From Ostreococcus lucimarinus (taxonomy: Eukaryota): DNA of 64,000 nucleotides. This document shows positions 63,907 to 64,000 of the stretch, piece by piece; the stretch's first letter is position 1, and every line of letters starts with the position of its first letter. The stretch is from NCBI GenBank assembly GCA_000092065.1, contig CP000583.1; one strand, 5' to 3'. Under the pieces are notes generated by a model. The model ran no database searches. It worked only from the letters and a program-made list of their open reading frames with translations, and was not told the origin of the DNA. Position numbers and translations under genes: made by a program.

Positions 63907-64000
63907 TTCCGCGCGCGTGTCTCTCGGCTTTGATGATCTCGTCTACGACCCCCGGGTCGGCCAACGCGGAGACGTCGCCGAAATCGTCGACGTCGCCGGC
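63902..64000 (-). CDS. Possible 3' end (C-terminal 33 codons) of a minus-strand gene running off the window
   Basis: Open GC3-rich frame AGDVDDFGDVSALADPGVVDEIIKAERHARGTR ending at TGA (63899-63901); too short to classify. Confidence 0.25.

Overview
This window is gene-dense, high-GC (about 65 %) eukaryotic nuclear DNA. It is not prokaryotic: there are no operons, CRISPR arrays, rRNA genes, or tRNA genes that I can recognise.

The likely source is a green-lineage picoalga in the Mamiellophyceae, probably Micromonas, on these grounds: (1) codon usage is GC3-dominated; (2) there is about one gene per 1.4 kb, with intergenic spacers of 50-300 bp; (3) introns are few and short (63-200 nt) with GTACGT/GTGAGT donors; (4) the gene content includes plastid ALB3, plant-type KARI, a plastid sugar transporter and a tandem-AP2 transcription factor, together with a ciliary dynein-assembly factor (TilB/LRRC6).

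I could assign about 45 protein-coding genes from conserved motifs in the translated ORFs. The ORF track often over-extends real genes at the N-terminus or shows long Arg/Ser/Ala-rich antisense ORFs. Stop codons are rare in GCG/CGC-rich DNA, so I trimmed starts to the first plausible in-frame ATG.

I do not see a clustered novel system in the prokaryotic sense; this looks like an ordinary housekeeping region. The observations most worth a second look are:
- a GatC-like domain fused to an EMAPII/Myf-type tRNA-binding domain behind a transit peptide;
- a small heat-shock protein with three tandem alpha-crystallin domains, with a textbook heat-shock element (GAAnnTTCnnGAA) in the promoter it shares with NFS1;
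- a Ubl + telobox-Myb (TRF-like) gene whose only intron carries telomere-repeat-like motifs;
- a roughly 60-bp palindrome, a (GGTC)16 microsatellite and a low-GC repeated-motif island upstream of a carnitine-carrier gene;
- several short tandem repeats and head-to-head gene pairs.
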